64,000 nucleotides of DNA from assembly GCA_013373325.1 (NCBI GenBank), contig JABXIA010000057.1, forward strand, positions 5,896 to 69,895, read 5' to 3'. Source of the stretch: Paracoccaceae bacterium (GTDB taxonomy: Bacteria; Pseudomonadota; Alphaproteobacteria; Rhodobacterales; Rhodobacteraceae). Position numbers and translations under genes: made by a program. Positions 50,728-60,649 of the stretch are shown here, in pieces. Each line of letters starts with the position of its first letter. The stretch's first letter is position 1. A model generated the notes under the pieces. It saw nothing but the letters and a program-made list of their open reading frames with translations. It had not been told where the DNA came from and did no database searches.

Positions 50728-50942
50728 CTGAGCTGACGGACGGCGGGAACGTGAAGCGAGCAAAACCGCATGCATTTTTCGCACTTTGAAGGCAGGTTCA
50801 GAAAAGATTGTTTTCTTTCATGCTATTGTCTGAACCCCGGATATCCGTATTTCTGGGTACCGCGGCTTGCAGTTTTGCGGCGCAGTGGTAAAGTTTCGGA
50901 ATGACCTCTGGTTCGAGGTTTCCCTGCATCAAAGTGGACGCC

Positions 50943-51716
50943 ATGACCGATATCCGCCCGTTTGACCCCGTTGGACACGAATCGATTGCCGATGCCGTGG
51001 TGGAGCAGATTGAGACGATGATCGTCGACGGCATCCTCAAGGAGGGCCGCAAACTGCCCTCCGAACGGGAGCTGGCAGAGGCCATGGGGGTGTCGCGACC
51101 CAAGCTGCGCGAGGCGCTGCAAACACTGGAAAGCCGCGGGCTGGTCAATGTCCGCCATGGCGAGGGCACCTTCATCGCGCCGCTCACCGGCCGGGCCATG
51201 TCCCCTGCCCTCCTGTCGCTCTACACCCGCCACGGCGGCGCCTTCTACGACTATCTGGAATACCGCCGCGAGCAGGAGGCCTTTGCCAGTCGCCTGGCTG
51301 CCGCCCGTGCCACAGACTCCGACAAGGCCCGGCTGGCCGAGATCATCGCCGATATGCAGAAAGCCTGGGAACAGGACGATCAGGACGCCAGCCAGGAGGC
51401 CGACTTCCGCCTGCACACCGCCGTCGTCGATGCCAGCCAGAACACCACGCTGATCCACATGATGGCCTCGGTCTACGATCTGACCCGGCAGGGGGTGTTC
51501 TACAACCGGGAATTCCTGCGCACCATGGATGGCACCGGCGCCGAGCTGCTGAAGCAGCACAAGGAAATTGCCCAGGCGATCATCGACGGCGACCCGGAGC
51601 GCGCCGAGGCGGCTGCCAGGTGCCACATGGACTTCGTCGAGGAATCCTTCCGTACCGGCCAAGAGCAGCAGGCCCGCGAGATCCGCGCCGCCAAGCGGCG
51701 GCAGCTGACCCGGTAG
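50943..51716 (+). CDS. GntR/FadR-family regulator (GlcC/LldR-like)
   Basis: LPSERELAEAMGVSRPKLREAL HTH plus FCD domain; divergent from TRAP-dld. Confidence 0.9.
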   Translation: MTDIRPFDPVGHESIADAVVEQIETMIVDGILKEGRKLPSERELAEAMGVSRPKLREALQTLESRGLVNVRHGEGTFIAPLTGRAMSPALLSLYTRHGGAFYDYLEYRREQEAFASRLAAARATDSDKARLAEIIADMQKAWEQDDQDASQEADFRLHTAVVDASQNTTLIHMMASVYDLTRQGVFYNREFLRTMDGTGAELLKQHKEIAQAIIDGDPERAEAAARCHMDFVEESFRTGQEQQAREIRAAKRRQLTR

Positions 51717-51896
51717 ACCTCCGGGCTTTGCTTTGAAGCGGTGACTGATAGAGGGGCCTGTGTCTTCCCCTGCCTCAGATCCACGCCGAAACTAAGGTTC
51801 TTCATTTACATCATCGCGTCGGCGGCACTGTCCTGCTGCCCGGCATAACGGGCAGCCACGGTTCTGATTTCTTCGGCAACCGCAGAACCTGGCGCG

Positions 51897-51916
51897 GAGT
51901 TCACAGCTGTGAACTC
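51897..51916. other. parS centromere-like site of the repABC replicon
   Basis: Perfect palindrome GAGTTCACAGCTGTGAACTC with core GTTCACAGCTGTGAAC matching GTTnnCnGCnGnnAAC, directly after the repC stop. Confidence 0.85.
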
Positions 51917-51917
51917 T

Positions 51918-53171
51918 CTAGGCTGCGACCTTCCGGGCCAGTGCCATGACCATCGGAGCACTGGTGAAAGTTCCCGCCACAGCCTTGGCGCTCAGATGCC
52001 GGAGGTATCCGCTGGGAGAGCGGATGTCCGCGAACCGTTCGAGCATGGCGGCGGCCACGGTTGCGGCCTCTGCCGCGCCCATGACGGTCTTGGCCTCTTC
52101 CCAGACAGCTGAAGAGATCCCCATCATCGGGCGCACGGTATCAGCCGCCCGCAGGAGGTCGGGCCAATGGCGGATGGGTCCGTCCGCATAGCTCTGGATC
52201 TCGCCGCAGGCCGACAAGATCAGGCGCAGCGGCAGGTTGGGGCCGCTGGAGGCTAGGGCCTTGGACGTTCGGTGTGTGGCTTCATGGGTTCCGGACCTTC
52301 GTTCTGAGGGTTTCTCAGCATAGCCGGTGTCCTCTTGCGATTCCGTTTGCGGTGCGTGCGCTGCCTTAACGGGCTGTTCAGATTCAAAAGAGTCTTCTTT
52401 AGAATTCTGATAGTGGTGCTCATTTTGGGCGCCGCTGGTGCCCGGTTCATCTGCAAAGAGAGTTTCCAATTGGCACTTAGCCTCCTCCAATGCCTTGGAG
52501 AGGCGGGTCTGGAGGTCTGCCAGTTCGGCCAGTGCCAGCTTGCGGCGGAGGTCACGGGCGGTGAGATGGGCGAGATCCTGGAACTGGTCCCAGACGGCAA
52601 TCTCAGGACGTTCTGCGGCGCCCAGAAGGGCAAGGTTCAGCAGGTCGCGGCGCATCAGGCTGACGGTTTCGCGCAGCTGCTTGATCCGGTCAGCCAGGGC
52701 GCGTTCCGCCGCTGCGGCGTCGGAAAACTCGGCGTAGCGGCGGGCGAGGGGAGACAGGTCAAACCCATAGGCCACCCGTTCGCCCTGAGAGCGGCGCACG
52801 TAGCGTTTGCCGTTGGGGCTGTCGCGGCGGATCAGGATGCCTGCGGCCACCAGCTTGGCCATATGGCGGCGCATGGTGGAATTGGGCATCCCGTTCAGAC
52901 GCTCGCAGATTGTCCGGTTGGACGGATGCACCACAGTGGCGCCGGGCTGCGGGTCCACGTCTGTGCCGGGCAGGAAGCTGATCAGCGCCTGCAGGACAGA
53001 GAGGTCGCGGTCGTTCAGGCCGTAGCCCTTGCGCGCGGCTGCCAGTTCGCGCAGCGCGTCCCATTTGCTGACAGGGCTGAGCATAGGGGAAGGTGCGGCG
53101 GCGGCCTGCTGATGTTTCAGCAGGACAGCATCCACCGTTCGCCCGAAAGGCGTGAGGGGCATATATCCCAT
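51918..53171 (-). CDS. repC: Plasmid replication initiator RepC
   Basis: VHPSNRTICERLNGM, RRDSPNGKRY, GFDLSPL, IRSPSGYLR motifs; internal AT-rich GANTC-containing segment near 52340-52420 (likely oriV). Confidence 0.95.
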   Translation of the reverse strand: MGYMPLTPFGRTVDAVLLKHQQAAAAPSPMLSPVSKWDALRELAAARKGYGLNDRDLSVLQALISFLPGTDVDPQPGATVVHPSNRTICERLNGMPNSTMRRHMAKLVAAGILIRRDSPNGKRYVRRSQGERVAYGFDLSPLARRYAEFSDAAAAERALADRIKQLRETVSLMRRDLLNLALLGAAERPEIAVWDQFQDLAHLTARDLRRKLALAELADLQTRLSKALEEAKCQLETLFADEPGTSGAQNEHHYQNSKEDSFESEQPVKAAHAPQTESQEDTGYAEKPSERRSGTHEATHRTSKALASSGPNLPLRLILSACGEIQSYADGPIRHWPDLLRAADTVRPMMGISSAVWEEAKTVMGAAEAATVAAAMLERFADIRSPSGYLRHLSAKAVAGTFTSAPMVMALARKVAA

Positions 53172-53254
53172 GTCATCATCACGAAAGACAAAAAAACAGC
53201 GGCCCGCGAATCGCTTTGGACTTGCGGTTATCACCTCCGGCCACTAACTTGAGA

Positions 53255-53310
53255 GTGCTAGAAACAAGTTGGTCTCGTGGAGCTTCGGTTTTGCGGGGCC
53301 TTCTTTTTTG
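53255..53310 (+). ncRNA. Counter-transcribed antisense RNA (ctRNA) of the repB-repC intergenic region
   Basis: Antisense to repABC; hairpin GGTCTCGTGGAGC-TTCG-GTTTTGCGGGGCC (53271-53300) followed by a T-tract; 5' end approximate. Confidence 0.65.
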
Positions 53311-53343
53311 CCTGCTCTGTGCCTCCTAAGTTGTTGTTTTCAT

Positions 53344-54360
53344 TTATTCGTCGCCGCGCGACTGCCAGCGCGCGTGAAGCTCTTCAATCAGTGTTTGCGC
53401 CTCAGCCTCCAGCCAGTCGGCAAAACCGCCGCCCGGCAGTTCCAGGCTGACGCCCTTGGCGGTGCGGCGCAGGGTGGCGCTGCGCAGGCCATCCACGGTC
53501 AGCGGCTGGCTGAGGGTGCGCGCCTTGGCGGGTTTGGCCGGTTTCTGCGGGGCAGGGGCGGAGGCCACGGCGCTGAACACCGCCTCAAACGCCAGCACCG
53601 ACGGGTCGGCGGGTTCGGCCTCGGCGGTGCCATTGACGGCGCGCATGGTGAAATCGTCGTATTCTTTCTGGGCGATGGCAATCAGCCCCTCCTGGCTGGC
53701 GCCGCTGGCGGCAATTGCCTTGGCCAGCGCGTCCCAGCGGGGGCGGCCGATGCCCTGAGCCGGGCCGATGGCGCGGATCAGATCGGGGCCTACCGCCTCG
53801 GCAATGGCGATGGCCATGGAGACGGAGGATTTGGTGACGGTCAGCACCTCGGCGACCTGCGACTGGTTGCCGAAACCGTTTTCGACCAGCTCCTGCGCGA
53901 ACAGGGCCTTTTCGATGAAGGAGAGGTCGCGGCGCGCCATGTTTTCGGAAATCTGCGCACGCACGGCGGCGTCATCGTCCAGAGTGGCCACCAGGGCGCG
54001 GACCTTGGTCACCTTGTCAGAGGCGCGGATCGCCTCCAGCCGGCGGCGGCCGTAGACCAGCAGATAGCGGTCGGCCTCGGACGGGTGGCGGCGGACCAGG
54101 ATCGGCACGGTCTGGCCGTTGGCCTCAATCGCGTCGCGCAGGTCGTGGATGTCGTTGGGGTCGAGCCGGTCGTGGACGCGGGTGTCCTCGATCTGATGCG
54201 GCTCCAGATCCCAGACCCGGTGCGAATCCACCGCGTCGCGGGCCGAGCGCAGGGCGCGGTTGCTGGACATCATCGGCGTCGCCGGGGCAGGGGAGGAGAC
54301 CGGCGCGCCGGCCGCGGCCAGGCTGTCGAGCATCGAAAGGCGGGATTTCTTGCTGGTCAT
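53344..54360 (-). CDS. repB: Partition protein RepB (ParB family)
   Basis: GQTVPILVR, YGRRRL, ENMARRDLSFIEKA motifs. Confidence 0.95.
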   Translation of the reverse strand: MTSKKSRLSMLDSLAAAGAPVSSPAPATPMMSSNRALRSARDAVDSHRVWDLEPHQIEDTRVHDRLDPNDIHDLRDAIEANGQTVPILVRRHPSEADRYLLVYGRRRLEAIRASDKVTKVRALVATLDDDAAVRAQISENMARRDLSFIEKALFAQELVENGFGNQSQVAEVLTVTKSSVSMAIAIAEAVGPDLIRAIGPAQGIGRPRWDALAKAIAASGASQEGLIAIAQKEYDDFTMRAVNGTAEAEPADPSVLAFEAVFSAVASAPAPQKPAKPAKARTLSQPLTVDGLRSATLRRTAKGVSLELPGGGFADWLEAEAQTLIEELHARWQSRGDE

Positions 54361-55544
54361 GTGCGCCCCCAGGTTTCCTGAATGAGCTGGCTGATTTCGT
54401 CGTTCACGGCGTTCAGGCTTTCGACCGCGCGGTCGTAGGTAGAGCGGGTGAAAGCACTGCGTTCGACCTCGTACAGAGTCTGTTTTGTCAGGCCCGCGTC
54501 CGAGATTGCGGTGGATTTCAGCATCGGCGCGTTCAGCACCTTGTCGCCGTACATGGTGCGCAGGAAGGCAACGATCCTGTTTTGCGGCGCGTCCGACGGC
54601 TCATAGCGGGTCAGCAGGTAGCGCATCCAGTCGTGGCTCATGTCGGCGCCGCTTTGCGCGATCACGTCCATCAGGTCGGCGGTCATGCGCAGGAATTGCG
54701 ACATCGACATCACGTCGAGCATCTCCGGGTGGATGGTGACCAGCACGCCGGTGGCGGCGGAGAGCGCCGACATGGTCAGGAAGCCGAGCTGCGGCGGGCA
54801 GTCGATCACCACCACATCATAGTCGGAATCGACCTGTGTCAGAGCCTCTTTCACGCGGAAGAAGAACAGTCCGGCGCTGCCCTGCGCGAGGGCGCGGGGG
54901 GTGTCGTGCTCAAACTCCATCAGTTCGAGGTTGCCGGGGATCAGGTCGAGGTTCGGGATATAGGTCTTGCGGATCACCGAGGAGATCGGCGCCGGGTCGT
55001 CATAGCGGATGGCGTCATAAAGCGTGCCGCCGTCCTTGAGGTCGAACTCCGGCTGGACGCCGTGCAGGGCGGTCAAGGACGCCTGCGGATCGAGGTCGAT
55101 CGCCAGCACCCGGTAGCCCTTGAGCGCGAGGCGCTGCGCCAGATGGGCAGAGGTGGTGGTCTTGCCGGAGCCGCCTTTGAAATTCATCACGCCGATGATC
55201 TGCATGTGATCATCTTCGCGGCGGCCGGGCAGGTAATCGCCGGGCTTGCGGGCGGTTTTCTCCAGCAGTTCGCGCAGTTCCTGGATGTCCTCGGCGGAGT
55301 ACTGGCGGCGGTTGCCGGCGGTCAGCTCGGGCGAGGGGCCCTTGCCGTCCAGATGCAGTTTACGCAGGTAGGAATCATTCACGCCCAGCAGGGCCGCGGC
55401 CTCGCCGGAGGTGAATTTGCGCATGGTCTTGGAGGCATTCGGCGGGAACAGGCTTTCGCGCTGCGCATGCAGCTGGGCCGCAATCCATTCGGAATGCTGG
55501 CGGATCACCGCATTGAGATCCTCAGGTGTGTATGTATGATCCAT
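54357..55544 (-). CDS. repA: Partition ATPase RepA (ParA family)
   Basis: N-terminal HTH; NFKGGSGKTT, DLDPQASL, IDCPPQLG motifs. Confidence 0.96.
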   Translation of the reverse strand: MDHTYTPEDLNAVIRQHSEWIAAQLHAQRESLFPPNASKTMRKFTSGEAAALLGVNDSYLRKLHLDGKGPSPELTAGNRRQYSAEDIQELRELLEKTARKPGDYLPGRREDDHMQIIGVMNFKGGSGKTTTSAHLAQRLALKGYRVLAIDLDPQASLTALHGVQPEFDLKDGGTLYDAIRYDDPAPISSVIRKTYIPNLDLIPGNLELMEFEHDTPRALAQGSAGLFFFRVKEALTQVDSDYDVVVIDCPPQLGFLTMSALSAATGVLVTIHPEMLDVMSMSQFLRMTADLMDVIAQSGADMSHDWMRYLLTRYEPSDAPQNRIVAFLRTMYGDKVLNAPMLKSTAISDAGLTKQTLYEVERSAFTRSTYDRAVESLNAVNDEISQLIQETWGRT

Positions 55545-55718
55545 CTGCCCTTGTGCCTGCCATCTGCGCCGCTCTGCCTTTTACCCGTGTGTCTGCTGCG
55601 TGGCGTGTTCACGGAATTTGGCGTTTGCCGCCTCTTTTCCGTGACTATTGGCCAAAGAGCGGGATTCGTGCAAGCGTTTTCTAGTGTTGGCGGCTGCCGG
55701 GCGGCAGGGGGCGCGGCG

Positions 55719-56927
55719 TCAGCGGCTGGGAAACAGGCCGGGCATCCAGTCTCCGGCCAGGGTGGCCGGGAAGGTCAGCTGCAGGGGCGCGCGCTGGGTC
55801 GGCGAAGACAGGGCGCCGGCCGCCAGCAATCCGGCGGTCACCTTGCGGGCCTGGCGGTCGCTGACGCCAAGCAGGCCGTGCACGCTGCCGCGTTCCAGTT
55901 TGCCCAGTGTCAGAGCCTCGCGCATGACGGTTTCGGCGCCGGTCAGCAGGCGGCCTGCCTTGATTTCCTGCTGGCACCAGGCCTCAACCCGGGCGCGCAG
56001 GGCCTGCGGCTGCATCAGCTGCTCCATGAAGCGGACCTGATCCAGCGCGGTGTCCAGGAAGAAGGCGGCAAACTCCGCCAGCCGCTGCTCCGACAGGCTG
56101 CCGCGGCCGTCGGCGCCGCCGTGGCGGGGCTCATCCGCGGCCATCAGGCGCTGCTTGTACTCTGCCTCCTTGCGGGCGAGGCCCCGGGAGGCGGACCACA
56201 GGCCCTCGGAGTTCACGTTCTGGCGCAGCATGGCGTGGGCCACCATGCGCGACACCCGTCCGTTCAGATCCAGGAAGGGGTGCACCCAGACCAGCCGGTG
56301 ATGGGCGCAGGCGGTGGCGATGATCGCGCCGCTGCGGCCCTGGGTGCCGTACATCTTGCGCATATGGGCCAGCAGCCGCGCCACCGCGCCGGGGCTGGGG
56401 GCGACGTGTTTTCCCACCTGCACATAATCCGTGCGGAAGGCGCCGGGGATGATCCGGGTCTCCGCACCGTCGGGTCCGCGCGTGACGAGCAGGCTGGCGG
56501 GCAGGTTTTCGCAGAACCGGCGGTGGATCTCCTGCAGCACGGCGGGATCGAGCGGGTGGCCGGGCAGACCGCCCTCATCAATCCATTTCTGCACCGCAAT
56601 ATGGGCAACCGCCTCCAGCTGCAGATCGCGCTTGGCCTGATCCTGGCTGAAATCCTGGTTGAGCGCGCGTTCGATATCGACCGGGTGGGTGTTGTGGCCC
56701 TCGATCAGGTTCGAGTAGTAGCAGTTCATCGACCGCACCAGGCCGGCCAGCGGGGTGCGGACCGCCTCTGGCAGGGCGGCGCGCAGGGCTGAGGAGGCCA
56801 TCGCCAGCTCCACCGCCAGATCGTTGAGGGCAGGGCGGTGCCGGGAGGCTTCTTCGGGGATCAGCGGCTCGACGATGGTGATCGGCTCGCCATCATCCGC
56901 CATGTCGGTTGGCCTGTCCGCCGCCAT
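55719..56927 (-). CDS. Fic-domain protein with N-terminal inhibitory helix and C-terminal HTH
   Basis: SNLIEG inhibitory motif; HPFLDLNGRVSR active-site motif; AGGAG RBS before ATG 56927. Confidence 0.88.
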   Translation of the reverse strand: MAADRPTDMADDGEPITIVEPLIPEEASRHRPALNDLAVELAMASSALRAALPEAVRTPLAGLVRSMNCYYSNLIEGHNTHPVDIERALNQDFSQDQAKRDLQLEAVAHIAVQKWIDEGGLPGHPLDPAVLQEIHRRFCENLPASLLVTRGPDGAETRIIPGAFRTDYVQVGKHVAPSPGAVARLLAHMRKMYGTQGRSGAIIATACAHHRLVWVHPFLDLNGRVSRMVAHAMLRQNVNSEGLWSASRGLARKEAEYKQRLMAADEPRHGGADGRGSLSEQRLAEFAAFFLDTALDQVRFMEQLMQPQALRARVEAWCQQEIKAGRLLTGAETVMREALTLGKLERGSVHGLLGVSDRQARKVTAGLLAAGALSSPTQRAPLQLTFPATLAGDWMPGLFPSR

Positions 56928-56938
56928 GCAGTTCTCCT

Positions 56939-57122
56939 GTTCCGGTTTCGGGGTGTGACGCCCGTTTGTTCCTGTTCAAGTTCCGTTTTATAGCCCGATT
57001 CCGGCCGCCGGGGAACAGGATAAAACCGCATTATTATCATTGTGTTATAAATGTTTTGCGGGTGCCATATGCTGATTCTGTTCCGCTTTGAGTTCCGGTT
57101 TCTGTTCCGGTTCGCATTCGGA
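56939..57122. repeat. Phased GTTCC repeats flanking an AT-rich core in the fic / P-type ATPase intergenic region
   Basis: GTTCC at 56939, 56968, 56980, 57080, 57092, 57104 (12-bp period); AT-rich core at about 57020-57057. Confidence 0.6.
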
Positions 57123-57215
57123 ATAGCCCCTGCGGCGTTGGTGCAGTTGCCGGAGGGGCCAAAGTTGCGGCAGGCTGGAAACGGCGGCCGGAGGCGGCTG
57201 CGGAGGGCAAAGCGC

Positions 57216-59834
57216 ATGGCAGACCCGGTTCAGGACAGCAGTGGCGGGCGGCTCAGCGGGCTGACGCGGCAGCAGGCGGAGGCGGCGCGGCGGACCTATG
57301 GCTGGAACGAGCTGCCGCGCGGCAGGCGGACCGGGCCGCTGCATGTGTTCCTGCGCCAGTTCAGCAATTTCCTGGTGCTGATCCTGATTGCCGCGGGGAT
57401 CATCGCCTTCACGCTGGGCGAGTACACGGACGCATTGGCGATCGGGCTGGTGATCGGGCTGAACGGAATCCTTGGCTTTGTGCAGGAATGGCGGGCGGAG
57501 ACCGCGCTGGAGAGGCTGCGCAGCATGCTGTCGCCGCAGGCGCTGGCGGTGCGCGACGGGCGCGAGCAGGTGATCGAGGCGCGCGACTTGGTGCCGGGCG
57601 ATCTGATCATTCTGGAGGCGGGCGCCCGGGTGCCTGCCGACGCGCGCCTGCACGAAGCTGCCGGGCTGCGGCTGGATGAAAGCGCGCTGACCGGGGAATC
57701 GGTTCCGGTGGACAAGGCGCCCGGTACAGGCACTGCAGACGTGTTTGCCGGCACGGTGGTGGCGGCGGGCCGCGCGCTGGCGGTGGTCACGGCGACCGGC
57801 GCGCGCACCGCCTTTGGCGAGATCGCGGCGCTGACCGGGGCGGTGGGCCTGAAGAAGACCAATCTGCAGGTGCAGCTGGGCCGGCTGGCGCGGCAGCTGG
57901 GCTTTGCGGCGCTGGCGGTGGCGGCGGCGATCCTGGCGCTGGGGCTGTATATGGGGCGGGACGCGACGGAGATGTTCATGACCGGCCTGTCGCTGTCGGT
58001 GGCGATGGTGCCGGAGGGGCTGCCCGCGGTGGTCACCATCACCCTGGCGCTGGGGGCGGCGGCAATGGTGCGGCAAAGGGCGCTGGCGCGGCGTCTGCAG
58101 GCGGTGGAGACGCTGGGCGCGGCCTCAGTCATCTGCACCGACAAGACCGGCACCCTGACCGAAAACAAGATGACCGTGACCCGGGTCTGGACGCTGGACC
58201 GCAGCTATCAGGTGACCGGCACCGGCTATGACCCGGCGGGCCATATTGCCTGGAACGGCGCCGTTACCGGCGCGCGGGAGGATGCGGTGCTGGCAGAGCT
58301 GCTGGAAGCGGGGCTGACCTGCACCCATGCCAGCCTGCACCAGGTGGGCGGCCAATGGCAGATGATCGGCGCCCCGACCGAGGGCGCGCTGGTCACATTG
58401 GGCTACAAGGGCTGGGCAGCGCTGCCGCCGCCGGATGCGGTGCTGGCGGAAATCCCCTTCAGCAGCGAACGCAAGCGGATGAGTGTGCTGGTAAAGGGCG
58501 GCAGCGGCGAGAAGGTCCTGACCAAGGGCGCACCGGAGCAGGTTCTGGGCCTCTGCACGGAGGTGCTGACCCAGGACGGCCCGCGGCAGCTGGGTGCGGA
58601 GGAAGCGGCCGCCATCACCGGCGCCTATGAGGCGATGGCCGCAGAAGGGCTGCGGGTGATCGGCCTGGCGGCCGGCGCGGCGCAGGGCGGGGAGATCCGC
58701 GAGCAGGACATGACCTTTCTCGGACTGGCCGGGCTGATCGACCCGCCGCGGCCCGAAGTGCGCGACGCCATAGGTGCGGCGCGGGCGGCGGGCATCCGGG
58801 TGATCATGATCACCGGCGACAGCCCGCTGACTGCCAAGGCAATTGCCGCCCAGCTGGGCCTGCCTGCCGGAAAGACCCTGACCGGCGACGCGCTGGAGGC
58901 GCTGGAGGATGCGGAGCTGGACCGGCTGTTGCATCAGGATGTGCTGTTTGCCCGCACAAGGCCCGCCCACAAGATGCGGATCGTCTCTGCCTTGCAGGGG
59001 CAGCATCAGATCGTGGCGATGACCGGGGATGGGGTCAACGATGCGCCAGCCCTGAAGCAGGCCGATATCGGCGTCTCGATGGGGGTCCGGGGAACAGATG
59101 TGGCCAAGGATGCCTCTGACCTGGTGCTGCTGGACGACAACTTTGCCACCATCGTCCGCGCCATCGGCGAAGGGCGGCGGCAGTTTGCCAATGTGCGCAA
59201 ATTCGTGCGCTACCTCTTGTCCTCCAACGCAGGCGAGGTGATTGCGCTGCTGATCAATATCCTGATCGGCGGGCCGCTGATCTTTCTGGCGACCCAGATC
59301 CTGTGGATGAACCTGGTCACCGACGGGGTGACGGCGGTGGCGCTGGGGCTGGAGAAGGGCGAGCCGGACCAGATGGAGCATCCGCCGCGCCGGATGGACG
59401 CGCCGATTGTGGGAAAGGCCGGTCTGCTGACCATTCTGGCGCTGGGGCTTTATACCGGGCTGGCCAGCCTTTGGCTGTTCCTGCATCTCTTGGACGGCAA
59501 CGAGGATCTGGCCCGCACCGCCGCCTTTACCGCCATGGTGGTGTTTGAGAAGGCGAGCGTCTTTGCCTTCCGTTCGCTGCATCTGCCGTGCTGGCGGATC
59601 GGGTTCTTCAGCAATCCGCTGCTGCTGGCGGCGCTGGCGGTGACCATCGGGGCGCAGGTTGCGGCAGTGTACTGGCCGCCGCTGCAGGTGCTGCTGCACA
59701 CGGTGCCGCTGCAGGCGGAGCACTGGGGGCTGATCGCGCTGCTGATGCTGCCGGTCCTGCTGGTGCCGGAGGTGCTGAAAACCCTGCGCTACCTGACCGG
59801 CCGGCGGGCCACGCGGGCGGCTGCGGCGGCTTGA
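57216..59834 (+). CDS. Cation-transporting P-type ATPase (type II, Ca2+-like)
   Basis: LTGES, VPEGL, DKTGTLT, KGAPE, MITGD, GDGVND, QILWMNLVTD motifs. Confidence 0.93.
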   Translation: MADPVQDSSGGRLSGLTRQQAEAARRTYGWNELPRGRRTGPLHVFLRQFSNFLVLILIAAGIIAFTLGEYTDALAIGLVIGLNGILGFVQEWRAETALERLRSMLSPQALAVRDGREQVIEARDLVPGDLIILEAGARVPADARLHEAAGLRLDESALTGESVPVDKAPGTGTADVFAGTVVAAGRALAVVTATGARTAFGEIAALTGAVGLKKTNLQVQLGRLARQLGFAALAVAAAILALGLYMGRDATEMFMTGLSLSVAMVPEGLPAVVTITLALGAAAMVRQRALARRLQAVETLGAASVICTDKTGTLTENKMTVTRVWTLDRSYQVTGTGYDPAGHIAWNGAVTGAREDAVLAELLEAGLTCTHASLHQVGGQWQMIGAPTEGALVTLGYKGWAALPPPDAVLAEIPFSSERKRMSVLVKGGSGEKVLTKGAPEQVLGLCTEVLTQDGPRQLGAEEAAAITGAYEAMAAEGLRVIGLAAGAAQGGEIREQDMTFLGLAGLIDPPRPEVRDAIGAARAAGIRVIMITGDSPLTAKAIAAQLGLPAGKTLTGDALEALEDAELDRLLHQDVLFARTRPAHKMRIVSALQGQHQIVAMTGDGVNDAPALKQADIGVSMGVRGTDVAKDASDLVLLDDNFATIVRAIGEGRRQFANVRKFVRYLLSSNAGEVIALLINILIGGPLIFLATQILWMNLVTDGVTAVALGLEKGEPDQMEHPPRRMDAPIVGKAGLLTILALGLYTGLASLWLFLHLLDGNEDLARTAAFTAMVVFEKASVFAFRSLHLPCWRIGFFSNPLLLAALAVTIGAQVAAVYWPPLQVLLHTVPLQAEHWGLIALLMLPVLLVPEVLKTLRYLTGRRATRAAAAA

Positions 59835-59844
59835 CCTCCCTCAA
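59831..59844 (+). promoter_or_regulatory. FNR/FixK-type box
   Basis: TTGAC-CTCC-CTCAA about 35 bp upstream of the VIT1 start. Confidence 0.5.
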
Positions 59845-59878
59845 TGCGGGTTTTGCCGTTCCGGGCCATGTTGCGGGC

Positions 59879-60592
59879 ATGAAGGGCGATCACGGGCACA
59901 GCAAGGAAGACATCGCGCAGCGGCTTGCGGGCAGCAACGGCAGCGGGCGGCTGCGGGACGCGGTCTATGGCGGCATCGACGGTGCGGTCACCACCTTTGC
60001 GATTGCCGCAGGTGTTGAGGGCGCCGGATTTTCACAAGGTGTGATCATTGCCTTGGGCATTGCCAACGTGCTGGCGGACGGGTTTTCCATGGCGGCGGCC
60101 AATTACCTGGGCACCAAGGCGGATCTGGACGACCGGCGGCGGCTTTACAAGGTGGAGAAACGCCATATCCGCGACTACCCGGAGGGCGAGCGTGAGGAGC
60201 TGCGCCAGATCTTCCAGGAACTGGGGCTGAGCGGCGAGGTGCTGGAAGGGGCGGTGCAATCGGTCTCGGCCAAGCCGGAGAAATGGATCTCTGTGATGCT
60301 GACCAGCGAATACGGGCTGGCGCCGGCCGAGCCCAATCCGGTGACGGCGGCGCTGACAACCTTTGCCGCCTTTATGGCGGCGGGCATCGTGCCGCTCTTG
60401 CCCTTCATGCTGGGGCTGCCCGATCCGTTCCTGACGGCGGCGCTGGCCACCGGGGCGGTGTTTTTCGGCATCGGCGCCAGCAAGAGCGCCTGGTCGCTGG
60501 CACCCTGGTGGAAATCCGGGCTGGAAACGCTGGCCATCGGCTCCTGCGCGGCTGCGGTGGCTTATCTGGCGGGCAGCCTGTTCCGGGTTTGA
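59879..60592 (+). CDS. VIT1/CCC1 family transporter (Fe/Mn)
   Basis: LRDAVYGGIDG, ADGFSMA, EREEL, GIVPLLP motifs. Confidence 0.9.
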   Translation: MKGDHGHSKEDIAQRLAGSNGSGRLRDAVYGGIDGAVTTFAIAAGVEGAGFSQGVIIALGIANVLADGFSMAAANYLGTKADLDDRRRLYKVEKRHIRDYPEGEREELRQIFQELGLSGEVLEGAVQSVSAKPEKWISVMLTSEYGLAPAEPNPVTAALTTFAAFMAAGIVPLLPFMLGLPDPFLTAALATGAVFFGIGASKSAWSLAPWWKSGLETLAIGSCAAAVAYLAGSLFRV

Positions 60593-60602
60593 GCCGGATC
60601 AA
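60589..60602 (+). promoter_or_regulatory. FNR/FixK-type box
   Basis: TTGAG-CCGG-ATCAA upstream of the M50 protease gene. Confidence 0.55.
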
Positions 60603-60649
60603 GGGGGGCGGGGCGGTTTGGCCCTAAGCTTATGACCGGAGGGACGCAT

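Noticed and set aside
51806..51895. Minus-strand peptide GSAVAEEIRTVAAR resembling the chemoreceptor AVVAEEVR motif
   Set aside because: Too short, with no start codon or further similarity; may be chance
54582..56792. 736 aa ORF on the + strand
   Set aside because: Antisense to repA and fic, which carry clear family motifs
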